A stretch of DNA of 64,000 nucleotides from an uncultured Gemmatimonadaceae bacterium (GTDB taxonomy: Bacteria; Gemmatimonadota; Gemmatimonadetes; Gemmatimonadales; Gemmatimonadaceae), in the NCBI GenBank assembly GCA_963781585.1, contig CAWAGQ010000004.1, forward strand, positions 32,001-96,000, read 5' to 3'. The notes below the pieces were generated by a model. The model made no database searches, was not told the DNA's origin, and worked only from the letters and a program-made list of their open reading frames with translations. Positions 1 to 9,722 of this stretch are shown here, piece after piece (position 1 is the stretch's first letter; every line of letters begins with the position of its first letter). A program made the translations under genes and the position numbers.

Positions 1-264
1 GAGTATCGAACCACGCTCTCGCCCGCCGACGTCCTGACAGCGGCCAAGCGGTTCTTTTCCCGTCGCAATACCATTTACGCCGCCTTCGTCGAGCAGGAAG
101 GCCCCTCCTGGGTGACGTTGCGCGGCCAGGGCGGCGAAGAAATCGTAATCGGTGCAGTTGCCGCGCCGCTCGGAACGCGGGTCACGGGATCGACCTACCT
201 GTTCGACTCTCAAATCGAACGGTTTTTCTCCACGCTGCCGCCGGCTGGCGAGGTGTCTGCATGA
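1..264 (+). CDS. Hypothetical protein, 5'-truncated by window edge
   Basis: Open frame 1 (EYRTTLSPADVLTAAKRFF...PPAGEVSA*) ending TGA 262-264, overlapping the next ATG (ATGA). Confidence 0.7.
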   Translation, partial: EYRTTLSPADVLTAAKRFFSRRNTIYAAFVEQEGPSWVTLRGQGGEEIVIGAVAAPLGTRVTGSTYLFDSQIERFFSTLPPAGEVSA

Positions 265-587
265 CCACACCCGTGGTGCTGCAGCTTCGCTCCCGGCCCA
301 CGGTCATTCAGCTCGGTCCGGAAGATCAGCCCGCGATTCAGTTCCGGGTTGAGATTCCCGAGGTCTGGGACGTCGTTCGTGTTCAGGCGCCTGCTACCAC
401 CCCGGTGGCTGCGGTGAAGCAGCGAGCGCTGGAGGCGCTCGTCCCGGACTCGGACGATCCACGCGCCTGGGTTGTGAAGCTCGGAGGATTCGAGGTGCTG
501 GACGAGGAGGGGTCGCTCCTCGACACCGGAGTGCGCACCGGCTCCACCCTGTTGATAACCGGCCGGAAGCGACGACCGGTTCGCTGA
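261..587 (+). CDS. Ubiquitin-like (beta-grasp, EsaB/YukD-like) small protein
   Basis: 108 aa; pattern VRVQAPATTPVAAVKQRAL...GFEVLDEEGSLLDTGVRTGSTLLI resembles a ubiquitin fold; no C-terminal GG. Confidence 0.6.
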   Translation: MTTPVVLQLRSRPTVIQLGPEDQPAIQFRVEIPEVWDVVRVQAPATTPVAAVKQRALEALVPDSDDPRAWVVKLGGFEVLDEEGSLLDTGVRTGSTLLITGRKRRPVR

Positions 588-621
588 GGCGGCGCAGGCG
601 AACCACCCTGGATCGATTCTC

Positions 622-1605
622 GTGTCCGTTGCGTACATCTCCAACGCCGAATGCGGACGTCACGATACCGGGTGGGGTCATCCCGAACACGTTGGTCGCC
701 TTCGCGCAATTCCTGGCGCCATCCGGGATCATCCGGAGCTCTTCCACGCCTTGGCGCACCACGAAGGGCGCATCGCCTCCGAGGACGAAATCGCAATCGC
801 ACACGGTCGGCCATACATCGCGAGCGTTCGGAGCATCGCGGAGGCTGGCGGTGGAGCGTTCGACTCGGACACGGTTGCCAGCACCGGCACATGGAGCGCT
901 GCGTGCGCGGCCGTGGGATGCGTCCTCGACGGGGTTGACATGTCTCTGGACGGCCGCGCGGTCCGATCGTTCAGCGCCGTGCGCCCTCCGGGGCATCACG
1001 CGCTGCGCGCCCGGGCCATGGGATTCTGCTTCTTTGGGAATGTCGCGGTCGCGGCAAGATACGCCCGCTTGCGGCACGGCTTGGACAGGGTCCTGATCGT
1101 CGACTGGGACGTACATCACGGCAACGGGACGCAGTCGCTCGTGCAAGATGACCCCGGAATCCACTATGTCTCCATGCATCAGTGGCCGTGGTACCCGGGT
1201 ACGGGCCGAGAGACCGACCGGGGGCCGCACGGGTCGGTGTGGAACGTCCCATTGCCGGCCGGGCTGCCGGCCGGGCGCTATGCCTCCGCGTTGTGGCAGG
1301 CCGTGGACCGTGCCACCGAGGGATTCAGTCCGGACCTGGTTCTTGTGTCGGCTGGCTTCGACTGCCTGGCCGGCGATCCGCTGGGAGGCTTCACCTTCGA
1401 GATCGCGGACATGGGGGAGCTGACACGGGAGCTTGCGGCTCGTGCCCAGGGCTGGTGCGACGGTCGGGTGGTAGCGGTACTGGAGGGCGGCTACGTGCCC
1501 CCACGCGTGGGGGAGGGGGCGGTGGCCATGATGTTGGCGATGGTTCAGGCGCCTGAGGGCGGCGTAGGACCCTCGCAACCCGGCAATGTTGTCCGAGCCG
1601 GTTGA
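622..1605 (+). CDS. Histone deacetylase family (Zn-dependent) amidohydrolase
   Basis: Motifs HPE, RPPGHHA, GFC, DWDVHHGNGTQ, SAGFD, LEGGY. Confidence 0.95.
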   Translation: MSVAYISNAECGRHDTGWGHPEHVGRLRAIPGAIRDHPELFHALAHHEGRIASEDEIAIAHGRPYIASVRSIAEAGGGAFDSDTVASTGTWSAACAAVGCVLDGVDMSLDGRAVRSFSAVRPPGHHALRARAMGFCFFGNVAVAARYARLRHGLDRVLIVDWDVHHGNGTQSLVQDDPGIHYVSMHQWPWYPGTGRETDRGPHGSVWNVPLPAGLPAGRYASALWQAVDRATEGFSPDLVLVSAGFDCLAGDPLGGFTFEIADMGELTRELAARAQGWCDGRVVAVLEGGYVPPRVGEGAVAMMLAMVQAPEGGVGPSQPGNVVRAG

Positions 1606-1908
1606 CGGCCAGAGCGGGACGGCCCGTACGTGTAAGTGCCGTGCCGTAGTACGCTTGCAACGCGTGACCGGGCCTCCCCTGCTGGTCGTCCAAAGGCTGG
1701 GAGACGCGGTTCGCGAGTCGGGCGGCGGGCTCGGGGCTGTTGACGATGGCAGGTTCTTCGCGAGCAGGAACGGGTTACCTCGTCTTCACGACGTGCCGAT
1801 ACTCATGGCGGCCGGGGCGTGACGCACGTCACCGGCATTGGACGACGTGAGTCGGCACCGGCAGCACGGAACCGGTCGCGGGGTCCGTCCCGCGCCTAAC
1901 GAGATACG

Positions 1909-2592
1909 ATGTCGAAATCCCAGGCCCTGCGAGATCGATCGAGCGGCAACGGCCGCATTGAGGGTGCGCTGCAGCTTTGCGGCATCGTTTCCCTCGAGGA
2001 CCGTGCGCCGGTGCGCGTCGAGCAGGGGATGGTGGTGACCTTCCGTGATCTCGGCGCGCTCGTGCGCGAGACGACGTTCTCCGCTCGTGCCACCGATGAT
2101 GCGGAGATCGCCGCCTACCGCGCTGTCGTCGAGTCGGCGTTCGGTTCGCGCTCGGTGCTTCCGGCGCCGTTCGGAACGGTCTTCCGAAACCGCGATTCGC
2201 TGTTGCGCTGGCTGGAGCTTCACTACTTCACCCTCGCCGACGTCCTCCGCTATCTGCACGAGCGCCAGGTGGCACGCGTCCGCGTCACGCCCGGGGCGAC
2301 GGCGTTGACGTGGGATACGCGAGAACACATCTCGCGAGAGGCGGACCTCGAGGTGACCGCATTTGATTCGTTCCGCGTGTTGCGACGCCAGGCGGTGGCG
2401 TTCCTCCCCGTCGCGACCACCCGTGAAGGGATTCCGGAAGGTGCCGAAGCGGCGTTTCTCATCGAGCGGGAACGGTGGAATGCGTTCACCTCGGCCGTGA
2501 AGGACGAGCAGCGGCGGCTCCCGGACCTGCGGTTCGAGCAAACGGGTCCCTGGCCACCGTATGACTTCGTCACGCTGGATCTCCATGGCTAG
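1909..2592 (+). CDS. GvpL/GvpF family protein
   Basis: VLPAPFGTVF and C-terminal TGPWPPYDFV, typical of GvpF/L. Confidence 0.85.
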   Translation: MSKSQALRDRSSGNGRIEGALQLCGIVSLEDRAPVRVEQGMVVTFRDLGALVRETTFSARATDDAEIAAYRAVVESAFGSRSVLPAPFGTVFRNRDSLLRWLELHYFTLADVLRYLHERQVARVRVTPGATALTWDTREHISREADLEVTAFDSFRVLRRQAVAFLPVATTREGIPEGAEAAFLIERERWNAFTSAVKDEQRRLPDLRFEQTGPWPPYDFVTLDLHG

Positions 2593-2704
2593 CTGCACCC
2601 GCGCCACCCGTGGGCGCCGCCCCTGGCCCGGTCGACGTGCCGACGTCGGCGCGCGGTTGGCAGGATGCCCAGCCGGCCTTCCCCCCAGTCTGCCCGGCTG
2701 ACGC

Positions 2705-3712
2705 ATGTTCTGTCCTTCCTGCGGCACCTGGAATCGGACGAGCGCGGTGCACTGCGTGCGCTGCAAGGCGGGGCTTCCCGAGCTTCGGGAGCATCCCGCC
2801 GAGCCGCCCGACGCGGAGCTGTCTGCCGTGCGGAAGGCCACCGGTGGACGCTATCGCGTGCTGCGTCGCATGGGCAGCGGCGGCATGGCCCACGTCTACT
2901 ACGCCCTCCACGCCGTGCTCGAGCGGCCGCTTGTCATCAAGGTCCTGCACCAGCACCTCGCGAAGGATCCGGAGATGCGGGAGCGTTTCCGGCGCGAGGC
3001 CGAATCGGCGGCGCAGCTCGTGCACCCGCACATCTGCTCCATCGTCGACTACGGCGCCCTCGGCGACACCGTGTACCTCATCATGCCGTTTCTCGCCGGC
3101 GGCTCTCTGGCCGACCTGCTCGCGCGAGACCGGACCATAGCGCCGTCGGTGGCCGCTGCGATCGCCGGACAGGTCGCCACCGCCCTCAACTACGCCCATC
3201 GCCGCGGCATCATCCACCGCGACATCAAGCCGGACAACGTGCTGTTCGACGAGGATGGGCATGCGCTCATCACAGACTTCGGCATCGCGACCGCCCGCTT
3301 CCACGGCCGCCTCACGAGAACGGGGCGCGCCATGGGCACGCCGCACTACATGTCGCCCGAACAGGCAATGGGGAAGATGGTCGATGGCCGGAGCGACCTG
3401 TATGCCGTGGGCGTGATGCTCTACGAGATGCTGCTTGGATTCCCGCCATTCGACGGCGCCGACTCGTATTCCGTCGGATACAAGCAGGTTCACGAGACCG
3501 CTGTTTCTCCCGACGTCGTCTCGTCGAACCTGCCGGCCGAGCTCAGCGAGGTCACGATGAAGTGCCTGGCGAAGAATCCCACTGAGCGGTATCAGAACGG
3601 ATTCGACCTCGCCGACGCGCTTCTCAGGTTTCTGGGCACTACCGGCTCGACCGACGAACTCCGCACCGCGTGGTACGCGCGAAAGACCGGGAGCTCGGTG
3701 GCCACGATCTAG
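2705..3712 (+). CDS. Hanks-type Ser/Thr protein kinase with N-terminal zinc ribbon, soluble
   Basis: CPSC..CVRC at N-terminus; GSGGMA, IKVL, HRDIKPDN, DFG, GTPHYMSPEQ; no TM segment. Confidence 0.95.
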   Translation: MFCPSCGTWNRTSAVHCVRCKAGLPELREHPAEPPDAELSAVRKATGGRYRVLRRMGSGGMAHVYYALHAVLERPLVIKVLHQHLAKDPEMRERFRREAESAAQLVHPHICSIVDYGALGDTVYLIMPFLAGGSLADLLARDRTIAPSVAAAIAGQVATALNYAHRRGIIHRDIKPDNVLFDEDGHALITDFGIATARFHGRLTRTGRAMGTPHYMSPEQAMGKMVDGRSDLYAVGVMLYEMLLGFPPFDGADSYSVGYKQVHETAVSPDVVSSNLPAELSEVTMKCLAKNPTERYQNGFDLADALLRFLGTTGSTDELRTAWYARKTGSSVATI

Positions 3713-3767
3713 CCTTCGCGGCAAACGCCCTCTGCGCTTTGCGCGCGACGGGCGCTAGCATTTCCTG

Positions 3768-6026
3768 GTGACCCTTCGCTACCTGTCGGTCGCCATTCCC
3801 GTCCCGCTGTTTCGCACGTTCACCTATACGGTGAACGGTGACGATATGGGCCGTGCGGTCCCGGGTGCGCGGGTGGTGGTCCCGGTGCGGAATCGTCCCG
3901 TCGTCGGCATCGTCGTTGCCACAGACGTTGTGGCAGAGCCCGGACGGCGATACCTCCCGGTTTCGGCCGTGCCCGACGAGCCGCCCGCGGTGCCAGAGGC
4001 GCTTCTGCGCACCTGCCGCTGGCTGGGGGATTACTACGCCGCTCCTCCGGGGCTGGTGCTCCGCAGCGTGCTGCCGGCGCTCCTCGCCGCGGCGACCGAG
4101 CCCTCGCCCGCGCCGCGGACCCATCGCGTCGCCGTTCTCGCACGCTCCCTCGATTCCCTGCTCGACCGCGAGACCATTTTCCAGCGAACCCGCAAACAAC
4201 GCGACGCGTACGAGTTGCTCGAGTCGCTGAACCAGCGGGCGCCGGTGGATGTCCTGGCACAGCGGGGCATTTCCACCGCGGTCCTCAAGGGCCTGGAGAA
4301 ACGCGGGCTCCTGCGGTTCGAACGCGAGCCGGTGTATCGGGACGCGCTGGCGGGACGCGCCCTCCACAATGGCGCGAGTCACCAGCCCACTCCAGCACAA
4401 CAACTCGCCGTCGATCGCATCGTGACCGGCGGTAGTGGCGACGTATTTCTCCTGTTCGGTATCACGGGCAGCGGAAAGACCCTCGTGTACATCGAGGTCC
4501 TTCGTCGCGTCATCGCGCGCGGCGATCGCACCGCCATCGTTCTCGTTCCCGAAATCGCGCTCACGCCACAGACTGTCGATCGGTTCCGCGGGGCCTTCGG
4601 CGACCAGGTCGCGGTGCTGCATTCGGCGCTGTCGGACGGCGAGCGAGTGGATGCCTGGCGCGCCATTCGCCGCGGCGACAAGCGCATAGTGGTAGGAGCG
4701 CGTTCGGCCATTTTCGCGCCGCTCGAGCGGGTCGGCGCCATCATCGTGGACGAAGAGCACGAGCCGAGCTACAAGCAGAACGAGACTCCCCGCTACCACG
4801 CGCGTGAAGTGGCCCTCGTCCGCGCACGCGAGGAAGGGGCGGTCCTGGTGCTTGGCAGTGCCACGCCATGCCTGGAGACCTGGGCGCATGCCGACCGGGG
4901 AGAGTACCATCTCCTGTCCCTCCCAGAGCGGGTAGGCGGTGGCACGTTGCCCGCCGTGGAGGTCGTTGACCTGCGACAACCCCGCACGACGCGCGCGGCC
5001 CTTCCGCCGGATTCCTTTCGTCGCGTGGTGAGCGAACGCCTCGAGACGGCTCTCGCGACGTGTCTGGCGCGAGGAGAGCAGGCGATCCTCCTGCTCAACC
5101 GGAGGGGGTACGCGGCGTTCGTGCAATGCATCTCGTGCGGCGACGTGGCCACCTGCCCGAATTGCTCCATCTCGCTCACTTTCCACCGGTCTCCCGAGCG
5201 CCTGGTCTGTCACTACTGCTCCCACGTCGAGGGCGCGCGCGATCGGTGCGCTCGCTGCGCCCAGCCCACTATTCGCGAACGGGGTCTCGGAACCCAGCAG
5301 GTGGAGCGGTTGCTTGTCGAGCGCTTCCCGGCCTCGCGGATCGCGCGCATGGACGTCGACACCACCGGCGCGAAGTGGGCGCATGCCCGCATCCTCGACC
5401 GGGTGGCGCGGGGCGAGGTGGACGTCCTCCTGGGGACACAGATGATCGCCAAGGGACTCGACTTCCCCAACGTGACGCTGGTAGGCGTCGTGGATGCCGA
5501 CGTCGGGATGAACCTCCCGGACTTCCGCTCGTCGGAACGCTGCTTTCAACTGATGGCGCAGGTGGCGGGACGGGCGGGGCGTGGCCCCAAGGGGGGCAGG
5601 GTGTTTGTCCAGACGCGTCTCCCCGAGCACCACGCCGTACGCTGCGCCGTCACGCACGACGTGCTCGGCTTTGTCCGGCAGGAGATGGCGGATCGCGCGT
5701 CGCCACCATATCCGCCGACGGTTCGCCTCGCGAACCTGGTGTTCAGCGGCCTGAGCGAGGCCGGCGTTGCGACTCTCGCGCAAAGGGCGGCCGACTGGAT
5801 CGGCCGGCTGCTCGGTCGCCAGGAGGGTCTCGGTATCACGGTGGTGGGCCCGGCTCCCTGTCCGGTCGCCCGCATCAAATCACGGTGGCGCTGGCACGTG
5901 CTGCTCAAGGCGGAACGGAGTCGCGATCTCACTCGGGTGGCGCGGTACTTCGCCAGTCGATTTCCGGTACCGCACCGCGCCGGGTTGCGGGTGATCGTCG
6001 ATCGGGACCCCATGAGCCTACTCTGA
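3768..6026 (+). CDS. priA: Primosomal protein N' (replication restart helicase)
   Basis: GITGSGKT, DEEHE, Cys-rich CISC/CPNC/CHYC/CARC, GTQMIAKGLDFP, QVAGRAGR, C-terminal DRDP. Confidence 0.97.
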   Translation: MTLRYLSVAIPVPLFRTFTYTVNGDDMGRAVPGARVVVPVRNRPVVGIVVATDVVAEPGRRYLPVSAVPDEPPAVPEALLRTCRWLGDYYAAPPGLVLRSVLPALLAAATEPSPAPRTHRVAVLARSLDSLLDRETIFQRTRKQRDAYELLESLNQRAPVDVLAQRGISTAVLKGLEKRGLLRFEREPVYRDALAGRALHNGASHQPTPAQQLAVDRIVTGGSGDVFLLFGITGSGKTLVYIEVLRRVIARGDRTAIVLVPEIALTPQTVDRFRGAFGDQVAVLHSALSDGERVDAWRAIRRGDKRIVVGARSAIFAPLERVGAIIVDEEHEPSYKQNETPRYHAREVALVRAREEGAVLVLGSATPCLETWAHADRGEYHLLSLPERVGGGTLPAVEVVDLRQPRTTRAALPPDSFRRVVSERLETALATCLARGEQAILLLNRRGYAAFVQCISCGDVATCPNCSISLTFHRSPERLVCHYCSHVEGARDRCARCAQPTIRERGLGTQQVERLLVERFPASRIARMDVDTTGAKWAHARILDRVARGEVDVLLGTQMIAKGLDFPNVTLVGVVDADVGMNLPDFRSSERCFQLMAQVAGRAGRGPKGGRVFVQTRLPEHHAVRCAVTHDVLGFVRQEMADRASPPYPPTVRLANLVFSGLSEAGVATLAQRAADWIGRLLGRQEGLGITVVGPAPCPVARIKSRWRWHVLLKAERSRDLTRVARYFASRFPVPHRAGLRVIVDRDPMSLL

Positions 6027-6074
6027 CGGAACGCCCGATTCCCGCCCGCCACGTCTCCCGTCATCTTTCATGCC

Positions 6075-7205
6075 GTGACCCGATTCGTGCATCCCGACTT
6101 CACGGCGGCGCAATTCGCTACCGCACCAGACGCCACCTTCGTCCCGGCGCCGGCACATGGCGTGCTCCCGGCGCAGTTCTTCTCCACCACGAACCTTCCC
6201 ACCTATGTACGTGTGGGTGGGGCGTGGCGACTCCCCCGTGAACCGCGCATGGATTCGGCGCTGGTGCTGCAGCCTGACGGCGAGCTGTTCGTTCGCGAAG
6301 GACGTCGGGTACGGCAGAACGACCTCGTCGCGGTGGGGGAGAAGGAGGACGGGAGCGAGGGAATACTCGTCTGGTCCGATGCCTTCCTGCCGGAGACGGC
6401 CGCGGACAACGAATTCCGGTTCATGACGAGCGAGGTGTCGCGCGAGAAGCCGATCGACTACGCGCTCATGGCCCGCATCCTCATCGAGGACAGGGAGCGC
6501 GGGGGGTACCCGATCTGGGTCACCGGGCCGGCGCTGGTGCACTCGCGCGCCCGCACCGACTTCGTCTGGTTCATTCGCAACCGGTTCGTCGGCGCTCTGC
6601 TCGCCGGCAATGCCGTCGCCGTGCACGACATCGAGGCGTCCATCTACGGCACCACGCTCGGGATGACGCGCACCGGGGAGGTGCCCCCCGGAGGACACGG
6701 TCTTCACATGCGCGCCATCAATCGCGTGCGGTCCGCAGGGTCGATCCAGGCGGCGGTGGAGCAGGGAATCGTGACCGACGGTATCATGCATGCCTGCGTG
6801 GTGCAGGGCGTGCCGTTCGTACTGTGCGGTTCCATTCGCGACGACGGTCCGCTGCCTGAAGTGTACACGGACACGCTCGAGGCACAGGATGCCATGCGCT
6901 GCCACGCGGTGAAGTCCACGATGGCCGTCATGATCGCGACCGCGCTGCATTCGATCGCTACCGGAAACATGCTGCCGGCCTTCATCATGGAGCCCGACGG
7001 TGGGCTGCGCGAACTCCCGACCATCTGTGTCGACTCGTCTGAATTCGTCGTGAGCAAACTCAAGGATCGCGGCACGCATCAGGCTTTTGCGGTCGTCACC
7101 AACGCACAGGATTTCATGCACATTCTTCGCCTGTATGTGGAGCGCGAGATGGACCAGCGGGGCCTGACGATGGCGTTTGGCCGCGTTGCGGCGATGGGAC
7201 GATGA
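6075..7205 (+). CDS. TIGR00300-type protein (ArgZ/AgrE C-terminal-like, putative ornithine cyclodeaminase)
   Basis: FFSTTNLPT, F.FMTSEVSREKP, GNAVAVHDIE, GSIRDDGPLP, LHSIATGNMLP, KLKDRG. Confidence 0.8.
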   Translation: MTRFVHPDFTAAQFATAPDATFVPAPAHGVLPAQFFSTTNLPTYVRVGGAWRLPREPRMDSALVLQPDGELFVREGRRVRQNDLVAVGEKEDGSEGILVWSDAFLPETAADNEFRFMTSEVSREKPIDYALMARILIEDRERGGYPIWVTGPALVHSRARTDFVWFIRNRFVGALLAGNAVAVHDIEASIYGTTLGMTRTGEVPPGGHGLHMRAINRVRSAGSIQAAVEQGIVTDGIMHACVVQGVPFVLCGSIRDDGPLPEVYTDTLEAQDAMRCHAVKSTMAVMIATALHSIATGNMLPAFIMEPDGGLRELPTICVDSSEFVVSKLKDRGTHQAFAVVTNAQDFMHILRLYVEREMDQRGLTMAFGRVAAMGR

Positions 7206-7714
7206 CCGAGAATCAACAGCGTTTTCTGCGCGCCATCGCCGAACGGATTCCGGCCCGACAGATCGCGGAGGTCCGGCTCTTCCCAACCATCCGTCAAGGT
7301 CAGATGGAAAGCGCGGTCGCGGTCCTCGCCGTGGAGCAGCTGCCCGACCCGCGGAGCGAACGCGTCATTCCGCTCGACGGCTCCGCGATGGATGAACCGC
7401 CGGCAGATGCGCTGCCAGAGGATGACTCGCCCGGAGATACTCCACTGGTGCAAGAGGCAGGTCAGCTGGAGTCTCCCCCCGGTCCCGACCAGAAATACTC
7501 CGTGCTCACTGCGCGCTATCGCCTGGCCATCAAGGGACCGGACCGCGGCGCATGGGAGTTCGAGATTGTTCACGATGCCGACGCGCCATTGGACGCCGTC
7601 GAACGGGTGGTCCGCGGCGTGTCCCGGCGGGTTGGTGAGGATGGAGAGCCCGACCTCCTGTCGGCCTCGGACTTTCACCGCGCTGTCACGGAGCCGTGGT
7701 GGTCGGATACGTGA
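7202..7714 (+). CDS. Hypothetical protein
   Basis: 170 aa ORF overlapping the upstream stop (ATGA); acidic/Pro-rich internal linker. Confidence 0.7.
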   Translation: MTENQQRFLRAIAERIPARQIAEVRLFPTIRQGQMESAVAVLAVEQLPDPRSERVIPLDGSAMDEPPADALPEDDSPGDTPLVQEAGQLESPPGPDQKYSVLTARYRLAIKGPDRGAWEFEIVHDADAPLDAVERVVRGVSRRVGEDGEPDLLSASDFHRAVTEPWWSDT

Positions 7715-7794
7715 TCGCCTTTCCCACCACGGCGGCGTGGGCGCCGGCCCGTCGTTCGATCTCCACGCGGTTCGCCTGAACGGACTCACGACTC

Positions 7795-8523
7795 GTGGAT
7801 TCGTCCTCGATCGGACTCGCCGTTGCCTTCACCGCGGGGCTGTTTTCCTTCCTGTCGCCGTGTGTACTCCCGCTCATCCCGAGCTACATCACGTTCATTA
7901 CCGGCCTCGGTCTGGACGACGTGCAACATGCCCGTCGGGCCGCGCTCGTGCACGGCGTGCTGTTCGTTCTCGGGTTCTCGCTGATCTTCGTTGCGTTAGG
8001 CGCGGCCGCAACGGCGCTCGGCCAGGTGCTGCTCTCCCAGCGCACGTGGATCAGCCGGGTGGGCGGCGTCATGATCATCCTGTTCGGGCTCTACCTCCTG
8101 GGCGTCCTGAACATCGGCCTGTTCGCCCGTGAACGGCGCCTGCATGTCGCGGACAAGCCGGTGGGCTACCTCGGGACGGTGTTCGTTGGCATCGCCTTCG
8201 GCGCCGGCTGGACCCCCTGCATCGGTCCGATCCTCGGTTCGATCCTCGTCTATGCCGCCTCGACCGGGACCGCGTTGTCACGAAGCCTTACCCTGCTCGG
8301 TGCGTATTCGCTCGGTCTGGCCGTACCATTTCTGATTTCGGCGCTGCTGGTCGAGCGGTTCATCGCGGCGTTTCAACGCATGCGCCGGGCGATGGTCTGG
8401 GTCACGCGCGGCTCTGGGATCGTCATGGTCGCCATTGGCGTGCTCATGTTGACGAACTACATGACCATCCTGTCGTCGTATCTTCAGGCGTTCACACCGG
8501 AAGCGCTCCTGAACCATCTCTGA
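7795..8523 (+). CDS. ccdA: Cytochrome c biogenesis protein CcdA (DsbD TM domain)
   Basis: SFLSPCVLPLIPSY and FGAGWTPCIGPIL; multi-TM. Confidence 0.92.
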   Translation: MDSSSIGLAVAFTAGLFSFLSPCVLPLIPSYITFITGLGLDDVQHARRAALVHGVLFVLGFSLIFVALGAAATALGQVLLSQRTWISRVGGVMIILFGLYLLGVLNIGLFARERRLHVADKPVGYLGTVFVGIAFGAGWTPCIGPILGSILVYAASTGTALSRSLTLLGAYSLGLAVPFLISALLVERFIAAFQRMRRAMVWVTRGSGIVMVAIGVLMLTNYMTILSSYLQAFTPEALLNHL

Positions 8524-8694
8524 ATCTGATGGTGGGACCTTGAACGTCGTGCGGTAGGCACGGTGGTGACCGGTGTAAGTGACTCACGTCACCCGCGTCA
8601 GAGCACTCGCGCGAGTATTGTTCGGGTGACCGGCACTGCGTTCAGGCACCTTTGAATCGCGCCGGGTACCAATCGTTCGACGTTCCCCGGAGGA

Positions 8695-9564
8695 GTGACC
8701 ATCATGTCGACTACAACACGCATTGCCGCGCTGTACCTCATGGCAGCGACGTGCGCGCTCGCTGCCTGTTCCCATGGTGATGAGAACGCCCTGCAACAGG
8801 ACTCGGCGCTTTCGCGGGATCTGGCTCGCGCCGGTACGGACTCGCAGGCACAGCCTGAGCTGAAGGACGTTCCGCCGGAAGCGGCCCCCGCCCCGGCGGC
8901 CACGAAGACTCCGGCGCCCCGCCCGCGCACCCCCGCGCCGAAGCAGGCCGCGCCGAAGCAGTCGGCGCCCGTGCCGGCACCGCCGCCCGCGGTGACGCCG
9001 CCGGCGGAGAAGGCACCAGCGCCCGCCGAGAAGCCGACCGGTAGCATTGCCGCCGGCGCCATCCTGCCGCTCAACTCCACCGACAAGGTCTGCACGAATA
9101 CCAACAAGGTTGGCGATCGGTTTACCGCCACGGTGCGCGAGGGCGTTGATGGATCCAACGGGGCGGCGATCCCGGCTGGGTCGAAAGTGGTCATCGAAGT
9201 GACTCAGCTGCACCGCAGCACCAACGCGAATGACAGGATCGTCATGGGGTTCCGCGTGGTCTCCCTTACGATTGGCGACAAGACGTACTATCCGGACGCC
9301 GAAGTGGAGACGGCTTCGGTGAATCGGGTGGCCGCCGCGAATGGCTCGAATACTGCCCAGAAGGTCGTCGGTGGCGCCGTCGTGGGAGCGATCATCGGAC
9401 AGGTGATCGGGCGTGATCGAAAGGGCACGCTGATCGGCGCGGCTGCTGGTGCTGCGGCCGGCGCCGGGGCAGCGGCGGCCACCGCCGATCATGACGGCTG
9501 TGTCAATGAGGGTGCGCCCATCACGGTGAAGATCACGCAGGCGCTGACGCTGCCCGTAACCTGA
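8695..9564 (+). CDS. Lipoprotein with Pro/Ala-rich linker and C-terminal glycine zipper
   Basis: Lipobox LAAC; PAPA-rich linker; VGGAVVGAIIG...GTLIGAAAGAAAG. Confidence 0.8.
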   Translation: MTIMSTTTRIAALYLMAATCALAACSHGDENALQQDSALSRDLARAGTDSQAQPELKDVPPEAAPAPAATKTPAPRPRTPAPKQAAPKQSAPVPAPPPAVTPPAEKAPAPAEKPTGSIAAGAILPLNSTDKVCTNTNKVGDRFTATVREGVDGSNGAAIPAGSKVVIEVTQLHRSTNANDRIVMGFRVVSLTIGDKTYYPDAEVETASVNRVAAANGSNTAQKVVGGAVVGAIIGQVIGRDRKGTLIGAAAGAAAGAGAAAATADHDGCVNEGAPITVKITQALTLPVT

Positions 9565-9584
9565 TCTCGCGACATTCCTCGAGG

Positions 9585-9621
9585 CAAACCGGGGCGCGGA
9601 GAACCGCGCCCCGGTTTGTTT
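9585..9621 (+). terminator. Intrinsic terminator hairpin
   Basis: caaaccggggcgcgg / ccgcgccccggtttg perfect stem followed by ttt, between convergent genes. Confidence 0.8.
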
Positions 9622-9722
9622 GAATGTGGGTCAGGATTGCGTGCCTGGCGTGTCTGACCGCTCGACCGAGGTGGTCCCGGGGAAAACCGCTGGTGCCGTT
9701 GGCAGGACCGTCGTCCCTGCGC

